Positions 29,460 to 38,223 of a stretch of 64,000 nt of DNA are shown here, in pieces. How positions within the stretch are numbered: position 1 is the stretch's first letter; each line of letters begins with the position of its first letter. The notes beneath the pieces are model-generated. The model searched no databases. It was given only the letters and a program-made list of their open reading frames with translations, and had not been told where the DNA came from. The position numbers and the translations under genes are program-made. This stretch comes from Candidatus Omnitrophota bacterium (lineage in GTDB: Bacteria > Omnitrophota > Gorgyraeia > Zapsychrales > Zapsychraceae), in NCBI GenBank assembly GCA_021108075.1, contig JAIORP010000178.1, forward strand, positions 31,811-95,810, written 5' to 3'.

Positions 29460-30209
29460 ATGAGCAAAACAGTTATTATTACCGGTGGAACAAAAGGTAT
29501 CGGCGCCGCGATCAGTCAGGTTTTTTATGAAGCGGGGTACCACGTGTTAATCGGCGCCAGGAATAATAACGGCCTGGCGTCCAGACTGGGTGAGCGCGCC
29601 CGTTTTTTGAAAATAGATGTCACGAAAGAACCGGACCACATCCGCCTTGCCAAAACAGCCTTGCGGTGGACAAAACGTTTAGATGTGTATATTAACAATG
29701 CCGGTTTTTCGCAATGGAAGCCCATCCATGAGTTCGACGCTGTGTTCTGGGATAAAATGATGGACACGAATTTAAAGGGCACGATGTGGGGCTGTAAAAC
29801 AGCCGCGGAATATTTATCCACAGGCGGTGTGATTATCAATATTTCGAGTTTGGCCGGTAAAAGGGGCAGCGCGAACAATTCCGCTTATTGCGCTTCTAAA
29901 TTCGGCGTGACCGGTTTAACCCAGGCACTCGCCAAAGAACTTGGCCAACAGGGTGTCCGCGTTAACGCCATTTGCCCTGTTTATGTCGAAACTGAAGGTT
30001 TACTCAGGGCCTTAAGGGACAAACGTTCACCGGCAAAAGGAAAAAGTATTAAGATTTATTTTCAGCGATTTAAAGAATCGCAGTCTGCCTTACAACGATT
30101 ACCCAAAGGAGAAGAGGTGGCCCAAACGTGTTTGTTTTTCGCGTCCGATGCGTCCTCCGCGATTACAGGGCAGTCGTTAAACGTGGATTGCGGGGTTTTG
30201 CCGTCCTGA
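29460..30209 (+). CDS. SDR oxidoreductase
   Basis: ITGGTKGIGAAI, NNAG, YCASKFG; 249 aa. Confidence 0.75.
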   Translation: MSKTVIITGGTKGIGAAISQVFYEAGYHVLIGARNNNGLASRLGERARFLKIDVTKEPDHIRLAKTALRWTKRLDVYINNAGFSQWKPIHEFDAVFWDKMMDTNLKGTMWGCKTAAEYLSTGGVIINISSLAGKRGSANNSAYCASKFGVTGLTQALAKELGQQGVRVNAICPVYVETEGLLRALRDKRSPAKGKSIKIYFQRFKESQSALQRLPKGEEVAQTCLFFASDASSAITGQSLNVDCGVLPS

Positions 30210-30241
30210 TGCAAGCCATCTGAATTCAAAGAAAGGTTTAT

Positions 30242-31021
30242 ATGCAGAAACAATTTCGAACAGTGGCTGTTATCCCGGCGCGGATGGGGGCGTCCCGGTT
30301 TCCGGGTAAACCACTTGTAAAAATATTAGATTTACCCATGATTGAACATGTGCGCCGGCGGGTTTCCTTGTGTTCCTGTATCGACGAGGTCTATGTCGCG
30401 ACATGTGATGAGGAGATCAAGCGGGCGGTTGAACGTTACGGCGGAAAAGCGATTATGACGGCGGACACCCATGAACGCTGCACGGACCGGGTTGAAGAAG
30501 CGATTCAGGATATCGACTGCGATATTGTCTTTATTTTTCAAGGAGACGAACCGCTGTTTGATTTGTCGGTCGCGGATAAATTGCTGCGGCCTTTTATCGA
30601 TCATTCCCAGACTCTTTGCAGCAATCTTATATCAACGATCAAGAACGAAGATGATTTACGCGACATGAATATTGTTAAAGCTGTCTTAGACCGGCGGCAA
30701 CGCGTCCTTTGTTTTTCACGGGCCGCGCTTCCGTATAAACGCGTCGGCACAGCCTGCCCCTTGTACCGCCAGACGGGTTTGTCAGCCTTTAAGCGGGATT
30801 TTTTGGTCCAGTTCTCGAATTTGGCACCGACTCCTTTAGAAATGAGGGAATCCATTGATTTTATGCGTATCCTGGAGCATGGCTTTGCTATTCAGGGTGT
30901 GGTCTTTGAACAAGAGCTTTTTGGAGTTGATGAGCCGCGGCATATCGCCATCATAGAAAAAATTTTACAGGAAAATCCAACACAAAAAGCTATCTACGAG
31001 GAGATTCGTGTCCATGTCTAA
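30242..31021 (+). CDS. KdsB-like CMP-ulosonic-acid cytidylyltransferase (CMP-Kdo synthetase family)
   Basis: VAVIPARMGASRFPGKPL N-terminal motif diagnostic for the KdsB / NeuA cytidylyltransferase fold; 259 aa. Confidence 0.75.
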   Translation: MQKQFRTVAVIPARMGASRFPGKPLVKILDLPMIEHVRRRVSLCSCIDEVYVATCDEEIKRAVERYGGKAIMTADTHERCTDRVEEAIQDIDCDIVFIFQGDEPLFDLSVADKLLRPFIDHSQTLCSNLISTIKNEDDLRDMNIVKAVLDRRQRVLCFSRAALPYKRVGTACPLYRQTGLSAFKRDFLVQFSNLAPTPLEMRESIDFMRILEHGFAIQGVVFEQELFGVDEPRHIAIIEKILQENPTQKAIYEEIRVHV

Positions 31022-31934
31022 AAAAATTTTTGTGGCATTAACGACCTTTGCCCAATACGGTCAAGAACCCGTTGAACGACTGGAAAAAAGCGGGTTTGAT
31101 TTTACGGTCAACAAACTCGGCCGGCGCCTGGTCAAAGAGGAAGTGATCCAGTACGGTCAGGGATGTCAGGGCATTATTGCCGGAGTGGAACCCTATGACG
31201 CGGATGTGATCGATCAAATTCCGTCTTTGGAATGCATCAGCCGGGTTGGTGTCGGGTTGGATAATATTGACTTACGCAAAGCGAAAGAAAAGGGCCTCAT
31301 CATCTGCAACACACCGGATGTGGTGATCCAGCCGGTCGCGGAGATGGCGGTCGCGATGATGTTTGATATGCTGCGGCGGTTATCTTTTCACACCTTAAAA
31401 ATGTGTTCGAAACAATGGGTCAAAAAAGCCGGAAATATGCTGTGCGGTAAAACAGTGGGGATTTTGGGCCTGGGCCGGATCGGCCGAAGGGTCGCGGAAA
31501 TGATGCGAAAACTTGATTTGGAAGTTCGCGGGTATGATGTTCATCCCGATCAGGACTGGGCTAAAAAGAATGGCGTATCTTTAGTTGGATTAGACGACGT
31601 GTTGTCAACGGCCGATATTCTCAGCCTGCACCTGGCCAGTGATAAGGACCATCCTTTTGTGTTGGGCTCAGCAGAGATATCAAAGATGAAAGACGGGGCG
31701 ATGCTCATCAATTTAGCGCGTGGCCAATTTGTTGATGAACAGGCCTTATATGACGCGCTTAAAGAAGAGAAGCTGGCGGGCGCGGCGCTTGATGTGTATT
31801 CACGTGAACCGTATGACGGCCCTTTATGCGGGTTGGATTCGGTGATCTTAACCCCGCATGTGGCCACATTAACGAAAGAATCGCGGCTGCAGATGGAAGT
31901 CGAAGCGACCGGGAACTTGATGAAAAACTTATAA
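31008..31934 (+). CDS. D-isomer-specific 2-hydroxyacid dehydrogenase (NAD-binding)
   Basis: GILGLGRIGRRVA NAD motif and catalytic R ... E ... H layout; 308 aa. Confidence 0.75.
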   Translation: MSMSKKIFVALTTFAQYGQEPVERLEKSGFDFTVNKLGRRLVKEEVIQYGQGCQGIIAGVEPYDADVIDQIPSLECISRVGVGLDNIDLRKAKEKGLIICNTPDVVIQPVAEMAVAMMFDMLRRLSFHTLKMCSKQWVKKAGNMLCGKTVGILGLGRIGRRVAEMMRKLDLEVRGYDVHPDQDWAKKNGVSLVGLDDVLSTADILSLHLASDKDHPFVLGSAEISKMKDGAMLINLARGQFVDEQALYDALKEEKLAGAALDVYSREPYDGPLCGLDSVILTPHVATLTKESRLQMEVEATGNLMKNL

Positions 31935-32030
31935 TAAATATGTTCAAACTTATCATTGAATAGTGATGTTGCTATTTGATCAGCGTTGGTATTTTAAAAG
32001 GTTAATCAGTGATATTGAGGCATGAAGTTT

Positions 32031-32064
32031 CCCCCTTATCTTGCTGCGGGGTGCGGGGTTCATT
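32031..32064. repeat. GC-rich hairpin motif (CCCCNTANCTTGCTGCGGGGTGCNGGGTTCATT family), copy 1, at the left boundary of the defense island
   Basis: CCCCCTTATCTTGCTGCGGGGTGCGGGGTTCATT is near-identical to 49353..49385. Confidence 0.7.
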
Positions 32065-32296
32065 CAAATCAATTCATGCACCGTTTTTATTCTGACAAGA
32101 GAAAGAAAAGAATAGTTGTCGTGCCACGCAAATGTGTGGTATAAAAGAGTTATCCCCTACACATAGTAATTCCCCGAATCACGTTTATTTAAACTTCAAA
32201 TCATTGTCCCGCATTAGAGAGGGAAAATTTGGACGTTAAAAAAGTAAAACCTTTGCTGGTAAATTATGGCGGGGTTTCTTTCATTTATATATAAGA

Positions 32297-33670
32297 ATGG
32301 GATTTAAAGCGAACAATAACAAAGGGGGCTTTCGTATGGAAAATGTTAATAATATTGATATAATACAAATTAAGAAGGGTACAACATCAGAACAATTAGA
32401 TAGCGATGAACAAATGAAAAAAGAAAAAAAGGATTTAAAGGTCTTATCATTATTCTCAGGTTGCGGCGGTTTAGATTTAGGATTTGAGGGTGATTTTTCA
32501 GTTTTAAAAAACTGTTTAAATAAAAGCGTTCATCCCGAATGGTTTAATGGTGGAAATAATTCTCAGTGGGTGAAAGTTCCTAAAACAAAATTTAAGGTTG
32601 TCTTCGCTAATGATATTATGCCTGCCGCTCGATCTTCATGGTTACCTTATTTCCAAAGTAAAGGAAATAGTGTGATTTTTCATACGGAAAGCATAGTCGA
32701 ACTTGTTAAAAAACATAAAAAAGGTAAAAAGATTTTTCCAAAGGTTGACGTGGTGACTGGTGGGTTCCCCTGTCAGGATTTCAGCGTCGCTGGAAAACGG
32801 AAAGGTTTTAATTCTCATAAAGGACATCATGGGGATCTTTTAACCTCAAAAGATAAGCCTACAGAAGAAAACAGAGGTAAGTTATACATGTGGATGAGGC
32901 ATGTTATCGATATAGTGCGCCCTAAAATGTTTATCGCTGAAAATGTCAAAGGTTTGGTTACTTTAGCGGACGCTAAAGTAATTATAGAAAATGATTTTCG
33001 TTCGATAGGTGAAGGTGGGTACGTGGTTGTTAGCGCTAAAGTGTTGTCCGCCGCTGATTATGGTGTTTCACAACGACGGGAACGCGTTCTTTTCATTGGT
33101 TTTAGAAAAGACACGTTGAAGAAGAAAGCTCTTCAGGCTTTTTCGAACGGGATTATACCTGAAGAGTTTGACCCATATCCAAGACCCACGCATGGCACGT
33201 CAAGAAACAATTGCGTTAGACCTTATGTTACCGTTAAACAAGCTTTGGTGGGTTTATATGAACCTGAAAGATCTTCTGATCTAGCGCAAAAATCTTTTTC
33301 AAGAGCGAAATGGTATGGCAGACATTGCCAAGGGCAAAATGAAGTCAATTTAAATGGCTTGGGGCCAACTATTCGTTCTGAACATCACGGAAACATTGAG
33401 TTTAGACGATTATCTCCAGATAATGGAGGTAAATACCTTGATGAAATTAAAAAGGGCATGAAAGAAAGAAGGTTAACTGTAAGGGAGTGCGCCAGATTAC
33501 AAACTTTTCCTGATGATTACGCGTTTGTTAGAAATTCTTCCACGAATGGAAATGGCTATAATCTCAGCGCTTCTGAGGGTTATAAATTAATTGGCAATGC
33601 GGTGCCTCCACTACTTGGTTTCCATTTGGCTTGGCGGTTGCAAGAAATATGGTCGGACGTTTTTAAATGA
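32297..33670 (+). CDS. DNA (cytosine-5)-methyltransferase, restriction-modification type
   Basis: Motif I LFSGCGGLDLGFE, motif IV GGFPCQDFSVAG, motif VI ENVKGL, motif VIII QRRERV, motif X GNAVPP; 457 aa. More likely start at 32336 (MENVNN). Confidence 0.85.
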   Translation: MGFKANNNKGGFRMENVNNIDIIQIKKGTTSEQLDSDEQMKKEKKDLKVLSLFSGCGGLDLGFEGDFSVLKNCLNKSVHPEWFNGGNNSQWVKVPKTKFKVVFANDIMPAARSSWLPYFQSKGNSVIFHTESIVELVKKHKKGKKIFPKVDVVTGGFPCQDFSVAGKRKGFNSHKGHHGDLLTSKDKPTEENRGKLYMWMRHVIDIVRPKMFIAENVKGLVTLADAKVIIENDFRSIGEGGYVVVSAKVLSAADYGVSQRRERVLFIGFRKDTLKKKALQAFSNGIIPEEFDPYPRPTHGTSRNNCVRPYVTVKQALVGLYEPERSSDLAQKSFSRAKWYGRHCQGQNEVNLNGLGPTIRSEHHGNIEFRRLSPDNGGKYLDEIKKGMKERRLTVRECARLQTFPDDYAFVRNSSTNGNGYNLSASEGYKLIGNAVPPLLGFHLAWRLQEIWSDVFK

Positions 33671-34797
33671 TACTATCTTCCAAGCGTGAAACGAAAAACA
33701 AACAATTTGAAGAACTGCTATCTTCCAGCCAACAGATTTTAGAAAAGAAAAATAAGTCTCACCCACCTTATTTCTCCAAGCGAACACCAACGGAATTTGA
33801 GAAGGATGTGCATGCCGCCATGGAGAAAGCCTCTATTGGCACGCCTTTTGAAGGCACTATTCAGTTAGTTTCTGGCCACCGTTTCCCAGATATTATTGAC
33901 GATGGATATTACGGTGTCGAAGTCAAAACCACTAAGACTAATTGGAAGAGTACGGGTAATAGCGTTTTAGAATCCACGAGAGTGGATAAAATTGAAAGAA
34001 TTTATTTGTTTTTCGGGCGTCTTTCTGACGCGGTCGCTTTCAAATTTCGAAGGTACGAAGAATGTTTGCATGAGGTTGCGGTAACGCATTCCCCCAGATA
34101 TTTAATTGACATGAATTTAGACGCTGGTAAAAGCATATTTGATAAAATGAAAATATCTTATGACGAGTTAAGAAAATTAGATAAACCAATAAAGCCTTTT
34201 GTTCAATATTATCGTTCAATCGCTCAATCGGGTGAAGAGCCATGGTGGATGGAAGGCGCTGATGATGAGGAAGAAACACTCGTGAAGCCCACGGTGTCTT
34301 TATGGAATAGTCTTCCCGTTGATGAGCAAGAAACCATGCGCAATCAAGCGATGGCCTTATTCCCGGAAGTGTTTAGTAATCGTTCCACGAAATACCATAA
34401 TCTTTCTTTATGGTTAGCGACCAGAAAAGGCGTTGTGGATTCATCACTAAGAGATAGGTTCACGGCTGGTGGACGAGAAACGCTTATAGTTAATGGTAAA
34501 AAATATAAAGATGTTCCAAAAATATTTTATCATTTAAAAGGAAATTTAGATAAAGTCGTTAAGCTCGTTAAAAAATTAGATCCTGAAGAAGCGAAATATT
34601 TTTGGAAAGTGGATCAAAACTTAGGTTCTTACACACTCCTGCCAACCTGGCTTGATTTAGTTGTTGGCTACGCGGAGAAGAACCTTGGGAGTAAAGGGAA
34701 GTTTATTGTGCATCTGATAGGTGATTATGCTGGTGAAAAGAACTCCTCACTATTTCTAAAAGAGGAAATGGCGAAATATGGATTAGATTATTCTTAA
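33667..34797 (+). CDS. Putative type II restriction endonuclease (PD-(D/E)XK candidate) cognate to the C5-MTase
   Basis: 376 aa ORF placed between the MTase and vsr with a 4-bp overlap; contains FPDIIDDGYYGVEVKT, which fits a PD-x(n)-ExK nuclease core. Confidence 0.45.
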   Translation: MILSSKRETKNKQFEELLSSSQQILEKKNKSHPPYFSKRTPTEFEKDVHAAMEKASIGTPFEGTIQLVSGHRFPDIIDDGYYGVEVKTTKTNWKSTGNSVLESTRVDKIERIYLFFGRLSDAVAFKFRRYEECLHEVAVTHSPRYLIDMNLDAGKSIFDKMKISYDELRKLDKPIKPFVQYYRSIAQSGEEPWWMEGADDEEETLVKPTVSLWNSLPVDEQETMRNQAMALFPEVFSNRSTKYHNLSLWLATRKGVVDSSLRDRFTAGGRETLIVNGKKYKDVPKIFYHLKGNLDKVVKLVKKLDPEEAKYFWKVDQNLGSYTLLPTWLDLVVGYAEKNLGSKGKFIVHLIGDYAGEKNSSLFLKEEMAKYGLDYS

Positions 34798-34798
34798 T

Positions 34799-35263
34799 AT
34801 GAAAAGAAAAATTAAAAATAAGTTGGGGAGAAATTTTAATCGTGAACGGCAAAAAGATAAGATTACGACTGATAAACGTTCCTCTGTGATGTCAAAAATA
34901 CGATCACGGGGAACAAAGTTTGAGACGGATTTCATAGACGAACTTTCGAGAATGGTAAAAGAAAAATTTGAAACGCACGTTAAGGATATTAGGGGTAAAC
35001 CAGACATTGTGTTCCGCGGTAAAAAGGTTTGTGTTTTTTTGGACAGCAACTTCTGGCACGGTTGGCAGTATCCTCGTTGGAAGCATTTATTAAAGAATGA
35101 TTTTTGGCGAAATAAGATAGAAAAAAATAGACTACGAGATCGAAATACAACCCAGTATTTACGACGTGAGGGATGGGCGGTTATTAGGATTTGGGAACAC
35201 TCCATAAAGAATGATATAGGGGTAGCCTTGAGGAGAATAATGGATGGAGTTGCCAATGGGTAA
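34799..35263 (+). CDS. vsr: Very short patch repair endonuclease
   Basis: RGKPDIVFRGKKVCVFLDSNFWHGW and C-terminal GWAVIRIWEH match the Vsr signature (DxxFWHG ... W.VLR.WE); 154 aa. Confidence 0.85.
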   Translation: MKRKIKNKLGRNFNRERQKDKITTDKRSSVMSKIRSRGTKFETDFIDELSRMVKEKFETHVKDIRGKPDIVFRGKKVCVFLDSNFWHGWQYPRWKHLLKNDFWRNKIEKNRLRDRNTTQYLRREGWAVIRIWEHSIKNDIGVALRRIMDGVANG

Positions 35264-35416
35264 AGAAATTAATATAGATAGTTGATTATTGTAATTGGGC
35301 GATATTCCGTGAATGGGAAACTCAAGACATAAGATCTTATGAATTAATCAGGAAGGCTGTTAAGAGTGAATATAATATTTTTCGGAGTGGCGAGACTTTT
35401 TATTATTGATTATAAA

Positions 35417-35455
35417 TGATGACCGCCCTGACTACTCTTTCGAGAGAGCCTTCTG
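35417..35455. repeat. 39-bp direct repeat, left copy (TGATGACCGCCCTGACTACTCTTTCGAGAGAGCCTTCTG) flanking the TIR-NTPase gene
   Basis: Identical 39-mer found again at 38185..38223; read directly from the sequence. Confidence 0.9.
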
Positions 35456-35543
35456 TCAAAATAAAAGATGTCAGGTATTATATGTTGTTATTCCTGGATT
35501 TATTATTCATTATTTCAGGTGAGAAATTATAAAGGAGAAAACA

Positions 35544-38171
35544 TTGGATATGAAAAATTATGCATCAAAAATGTTTATTAGCTATTCTCATGAAGACGAA
35601 TTATATATGGTTGAATTAAGGAAGCACTTAATTCTCTTAGAAAAAAAAGGCATATTAAACCAATGGTGTGATAAGGAGTTGGTCGCTGGGGATGAATTAC
35701 AGCCCGAGATAATGAAACATTTAGAAGATGCAGATATTATAGCATTTTTAGTAAGTATTGACTTCCAGAGTTCGGATTTCTGTGTTCGAGTAGAATTAGC
35801 GAAGGCTTTGGAGAAGAAAAAGAATCAGGGTGCTGTTATTATTCCAATAATAGTTCGAACATGTAGATGGCAAGATAGTGTGCTTGGCCAATTTGTAGCA
35901 GCAACAAAAAACGGCAACCCTATTTCGGATTATGAGAATGCCGACAAAGCTTGGGTTGAGGTTAGCATGTCTATTGAAAAAGTTGTTGAAAAATTCAATA
36001 AACAAAGAATTGAAAATAAGCCTGAGGATCAAGGCAAAACATTTTTTTTGAAAGAAGAATTTTTAAATGAATTAAACAATACAGAAATAATATTTCAGCA
36101 TAAACATAAAGAGTTTGTAACTCTGGAGGATATATATGTTTTTCCTGATGTAAAAGATTTAAAGAAGGAATACGATAAAATAGAATTGTTGATAAATTCT
36201 GAGCATATTCTTTCATTTGAAGAAGAACAACACCAAGATAAAATATTAATATTAGGAACGGAACAAGCTGGTAAAACTTCTTTAGCGAAAATGATGTTAA
36301 AAATTAGTTTGAATGCTAGCTGGCTGCCTGTTTTTGTTAAAGGGACAGAAATTAAAAGCTCTGATACAAGTGATATGTTGATGAAGTTGATTCCTGAGCA
36401 ATATCAAAAATTGACAAGAGATGAATATTTTAATCAATCTAGAAAGAAAATTTTATTTGTAGATGATTATCATCAATCGAAGTTGAATTCTAAGTATAGA
36501 TTTAGATTTGTTGATTCAGTAGTGAAGCAGTTTGATAAAGTTATTTTGTTTTCTGATAGTATGATGAAGTTTGATGAAATTAATTATTCCCATTTTTCAG
36601 GCTTCTATCAATACGAAATATTGCCTTTGGGGCATGAGCGAAGAGGGGTATTGATTGATAAATGGAATAGCATGGGGCAATCTGAAACGATTGATATTAA
36701 TGCTCTTTATCAAAGAAATGATATTGCAACTATGCACTTGAACGCCATACTAAGGAAGAATGTTGTTCCATCAAAACCACTATATGTTCTGACAATTATA
36801 CAATTGTTAGATACATCAGTTCCATCCGACTATACTTTGACATCTTATGGACATTGTTATCAAACGTTAATTCAACAAGCATTGCAAAAGGTGAAGGTGA
36901 CCATTAAGGATTTTGAGTTATATATTAATTACTTGTCAGAACTAGCATATTATATATTTGAATCAGGTAAAGACATAATAAATGAAGATGCCTTGTTTGC
37001 TTTTCAGCATGAATATTCTAATAAATATATTTTGGATTCTCACAAGAATGTTTTAAGTGTTCTAACAAAAGCAGGCATTTTGAGAATTGGTGATTCAGGG
37101 AATTGTTTTTGTTATCGTTATATTTATTATTTTTACGTGGCAAAGTATATTGCAGACCATCTTCAGACAGCTGATTGTAAAAAGACTGTAGAATATCTTT
37201 GCAAACGGATGCACACGGAGAGAAACGCAAATATTTTAATATTTCTAACTCATCACAGTAAAAATCAGGAGATTTTAGATAAAATATATTCATATACCAC
37301 AGATATATTTAAAGGAATAAATCAGGCTAAGTTGGACTCAGAAGAAACTGATTATTTGGCGGAATTTATGGGAGCAATTCCTCAGTTAGTTATTGAGCAG
37401 AGAAATGCTGAAGAGGAAAGAAAGAAAAAAGTTATAAGAAAAGATAAGATTGAAAGAGATGAGCAGGGCGAAGAGAATGAAGCTGACGATTTGAACGAAA
37501 GTACTCTAGCCGAAATCAATAAATCTTATAGGGCTGTTGATATTATTGGACAAATATTGAGGAATCGGCAGAATTCCTTAACAAGAAAGCAATTGTATGA
37601 TTTGACTTCGTCAGCATTTTCTTCAGGATTAAGATTTCTGAAATTTTTTCTTAATTTAACAACAAAATCAAAAGATGAAATATTAAACGTTATTAAGCAT
37701 CTGATTGAAGAGGATTCCAAGGTGTCTGGAGATGAGATGCCAAAGAAACATAAAATATCCGATGAGGACATAACAAAAAAAGCAAAAAGAATATTTCTAA
37801 TGATAAGTTATGGGATGTCATACTCGGTGATTAAGAAAATAGCTAATTCTACTGGGTCAAAAGAACTTATGCCAATCCTTAATAAAATTGATGAAGACAA
37901 TCCTGGTTCACCCGCTATTAAGCTAATTCAAATAGCAGCTCACCTTGAATTTGCAAAAACTATACCTGAAAAAGAAATACTTGCGTTGGATAAGACTTTA
38001 GAGAAAAATTTAATTGCTAAAAGGTTGTTGCAAGAAATAATTGTTCAATATTTATATTTACATAATGTTGACTACAAAAAAAGACAATGGATAGCTAGTA
38101 AATTAAAAATACCTTTAAGTTTTCAGCGAGAACTTCAACACGAAAAAGCTACAAAGGTGTTGGCTAAGTAG
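35544..38171 (+). CDS. TIR-domain + P-loop NTPase (STAND-like) protein with long alpha-helical C-terminal region; candidate antiphage defense protein
   Basis: N-terminus KMFISYSHEDE ... ADIIAFLVS ... RVELAKAL fits a bacterial TIR domain. Walker A LGTEQAGKTS and Walker B ILFVDDYHQ follow. 875 aa; conspicuously AT-rich codon usage. Confidence 0.75.
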   Translation: MDMKNYASKMFISYSHEDELYMVELRKHLILLEKKGILNQWCDKELVAGDELQPEIMKHLEDADIIAFLVSIDFQSSDFCVRVELAKALEKKKNQGAVIIPIIVRTCRWQDSVLGQFVAATKNGNPISDYENADKAWVEVSMSIEKVVEKFNKQRIENKPEDQGKTFFLKEEFLNELNNTEIIFQHKHKEFVTLEDIYVFPDVKDLKKEYDKIELLINSEHILSFEEEQHQDKILILGTEQAGKTSLAKMMLKISLNASWLPVFVKGTEIKSSDTSDMLMKLIPEQYQKLTRDEYFNQSRKKILFVDDYHQSKLNSKYRFRFVDSVVKQFDKVILFSDSMMKFDEINYSHFSGFYQYEILPLGHERRGVLIDKWNSMGQSETIDINALYQRNDIATMHLNAILRKNVVPSKPLYVLTIIQLLDTSVPSDYTLTSYGHCYQTLIQQALQKVKVTIKDFELYINYLSELAYYIFESGKDIINEDALFAFQHEYSNKYILDSHKNVLSVLTKAGILRIGDSGNCFCYRYIYYFYVAKYIADHLQTADCKKTVEYLCKRMHTERNANILIFLTHHSKNQEILDKIYSYTTDIFKGINQAKLDSEETDYLAEFMGAIPQLVIEQRNAEEERKKKVIRKDKIERDEQGEENEADDLNESTLAEINKSYRAVDIIGQILRNRQNSLTRKQLYDLTSSAFSSGLRFLKFFLNLTTKSKDEILNVIKHLIEEDSKVSGDEMPKKHKISDEDITKKAKRIFLMISYGMSYSVIKKIANSTGSKELMPILNKIDEDNPGSPAIKLIQIAAHLEFAKTIPEKEILALDKTLEKNLIAKRLLQEIIVQYLYLHNVDYKKRQWIASKLKIPLSFQRELQHEKATKVLAK

Positions 38172-38184
38172 AATTCAGAATAAC

Positions 38185-38223
38185 TGATGACCGCCCTGAC
38201 TACTCTTTCGAGAGAGCCTTCTG
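38185..38223. repeat. 39-bp direct repeat, right copy, followed by an inverted-repeat stem (CCGCCCTG ... CAGGGCGG) and a T-run
   Basis: Identical to 35417..35455. The downstream GGGCTCTTATTATCAGGGCGGAACCTTTTTT can pair with the CCGCCCTGA inside the repeat. Confidence 0.9.

Noticed and set aside
32051-32075. Possible tRNA fragment (GGGTTCATTC resembles a T-loop)
   Set aside because: No matching 5-bp complementary stem follows, and there is no acceptor stem or anticodon arm. Only the GGTTCA-like hexamer is present. It is treated as part of the GC hairpin repeat, not a tRNA.
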